Origin: Mobula hypostoma | Lineage: Eukaryota | Direction of reading: 5' to 3' | DNA: 64,000 nucleotides | NCBI RefSeq assembly: GCF_963921235.1 | Contig: NC_086097.1 | Location: forward strand, 9,610,001-9,674,000 | In this document: positions 61,822 to 64,000 of the stretch, piece by piece | Layout: every line of letters begins with the position of its first letter | How positions within the stretch are numbered: position 1 is the stretch's first letter | Position numbers and translations under genes: made by a program | The notes under the pieces: model-generated | The model's input: the letters and a program-made list of their open reading frames with translations, nothing else | Database searches by the model: none | What the model was told of the DNA's origin: nothing

Positions 61822-62984
61822 CGTTATATATGTTATACAACATTGACAAATCTCAAGGTTGTATATGGCATACATACTTTGATAATAAATACACTTTGAA
61901 CTTCGTCTTTTTTGCTTTTATTGTTTTTTTTCTTGGATCCATTCAGACAAGCCTAATCTAGGACACGTGCATGTATTTCTGAAGGTAGCACTTCACTAAG
62001 GGAGTGTGACTAAACCATGGAAGTCAACATGGCCACAGATCTCTTAATGATAAAGCCATGGTACTCTGGCAAGTATTTCTCATTACCTCCCTTAGCAATA
62101 TGGTTTAATAAGAAAGTCAAAGATGTTATATTGCAATCATAAAACTGCCAAGTTGATCCAAGGAAGAATGACCTATATCATTAAGGCCACTTTAGTATGG
62201 TTAATGTCATAACATTTGAATATCTTTTGAACATGGTTTAAGCATTACTCAAATTTCTACATTTTAGTAAAATTATCTCTTCTCAATTATATGCTGTAAT
62301 TTTTGATAACGTTCTTTGCCATCAATGTTTAATAGAAATTTGAACAAAAACTCATTTATTAAGATTTACTTGAACGATGATGTTTAAATGGAATTTTTTC
62401 AATCTTTGGCGGAACTAAAGAGCTAGTCAGCTGGAGAGATATATTCTGAATATATTTTAATTCAATATTAACATAATTTTCTTTCCTGACATTTTTACCA
62501 CTGCTTCTGAACAATTATCATATTATCTGCCTATAATCCAGTGAACCTACACATTGTTGTATGTCCTTTTCTCCCTATTTCAGATAAGTTGAATTGAAAA
62601 ATTCTTTTTACCCGCATGGTGAAGAGATGACCTTTAATGAACAATTGCTTACAGCTATTTTTAAAATGAAATACAGAAAGAAGGTAATTTAAAGCTTGTA
62701 TGCATGTCTCTGATGACATCAAACTCTAAAAGGTTAAATTGAATAGAGAGGTTCAAGGAACAGAGAAAGGATTTCAGCATTTCTTTTTAAATAGCCAATT
62801 TTACTAAAAATGCAAAGAACAGGATCTGGAGTATGTCACAAAGCCCTTCAATTCTGTCTGCCATTCAGTGAAGTCAATGCAAGCCTCTTTCCTGTCCTCA
62901 ATTTCTATTTAATTCCCATAGTCCTTGATTCTCCAAAAGGTTAAAACTCTACATGTGGTGTCTTTGAGTGGCAAACCATATAGC

Positions 62985-63810
62985 ATTCTTACTGGCAGCA
63001 TCACCATCTGGAACGGGTGGCTACTGCGCCGGATCGAAGTAAGCTGCAAAGAATTGTGAACTTAGTCAGCTCCATCGTGAGCACTAGCCTCAGTAGTATC
63101 CAGGACATCTTCAAGGAGCAATGCTTCAGAAAAGTGGCATTGATCATTAAGGACCCCCATCACATTTCTTCCAACCATTGTGTGAAACACAATAGTACAC
63201 ATAGCATGCACTACACACAATAAGAAAGTTAGGATAAAATCTACAGAAGAGTTATGCATAAATAAACAAATTAAAGTGCATAAGTTAAATATTTTGAGGT
63301 AGAGAGCAGATTACCCTTCGAATTCAATGAAGCAAAGACTCCAGAAGCCTAATGGCTCGGAGGAAGAAACTGTTTCCTATTTTGACCATTCTTGTTTTTA
63401 TGCATTGGTCTCTCCTGCCTGATGGTAGAAAGTCAAAGAGGATGCTGGATGGATGGATGGGATATTTAATAATACTAAGGGCCCCTGTGTATGCAGCGCT
63501 CCTGATAAATATCCTGATAGATGGTAGGGAGACTTCTATGATTCTTTCAGCTGTACTTGCAGTCCTTTGTTGAGATTTCCAGTTTGATGTTGGCTACTCC
63601 CATACCAGGCGGAGATGCAACTTGTCAGGACACTCTCAGTAGTGCTCCTGTAAAATTTAGTTTAGAAGGGGGAAGGGGAATCTCGCCTGCCTGAATCTCT
63701 TTTTGAAGTGGAGGTGTAGCTGTATCTACTTGCTCAGGGAGGTGACATTACGGGACCAGGTGAGCTCATTCATGGTGCGAACTTCTATAAACTCGCTGTA
63801 GTTAACTCAC
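62985..63810. mobile_element. Tail-to-tail Rex fragments
   Basis: DRSKLQRIVNLVSSI on plus; reverse-oriented 3' region follows. Confidence 0.6.
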
Positions 63811-64000
63811 CCTACGGAGCCTTACTGATGACACCAAAATCTTGCAAAACATTTTAAGAGTTTTTTTTTCACCGCCTGTAAAGCCCAGGGTTCAGTTTTA
63901 TTTTTTAAGGCAATTACTTGATAGTTACTTTAGAGTTCAGCTAAAATGCTCTTTCTTGTAACTTGTTTTGGAAAAATAACCCTAAATCTGTCAAGCCCAA

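Noticed and set aside
62584..62682. Plus-strand acceptor/donor pair
   Set aside because: Stops occur in all frames within the first codons.

Overview
Eukaryotic, almost certainly vertebrate, non-genic or intronic DNA. The repeat complement (HER1-like CR1 LINEs, HE1/V-SINE-like SINEs, Rex1/Babar, Penelope) points to a cartilaginous fish; this is an inference. Most of the window is nested, decayed transposable elements: several CR1 subfamilies, Rex1/Babar LINEs, an RNase H-bearing I-clade LINE, Penelope-like elements (PLEs) with GIY-YIG, an internally deleted Helitron split by a CR1, hAT MITEs, solo LTRs and SINEs. No intact protein-coding gene is recognisable, only a few candidate minus-strand exons. 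The most notable signals are RNA-structural. First, a TSD-flanked 572-bp non-coding retroposon (43966-44537, minus) begins at G1 of a hand-folded HDV-like self-cleaving ribozyme that has an extra hairpin in loop L3. Second, PLE termini carry minimal, dimer-type hammerhead ribozyme motifs. Boundaries of decayed repeats are approximate; all family assignments and folds were made by eye.
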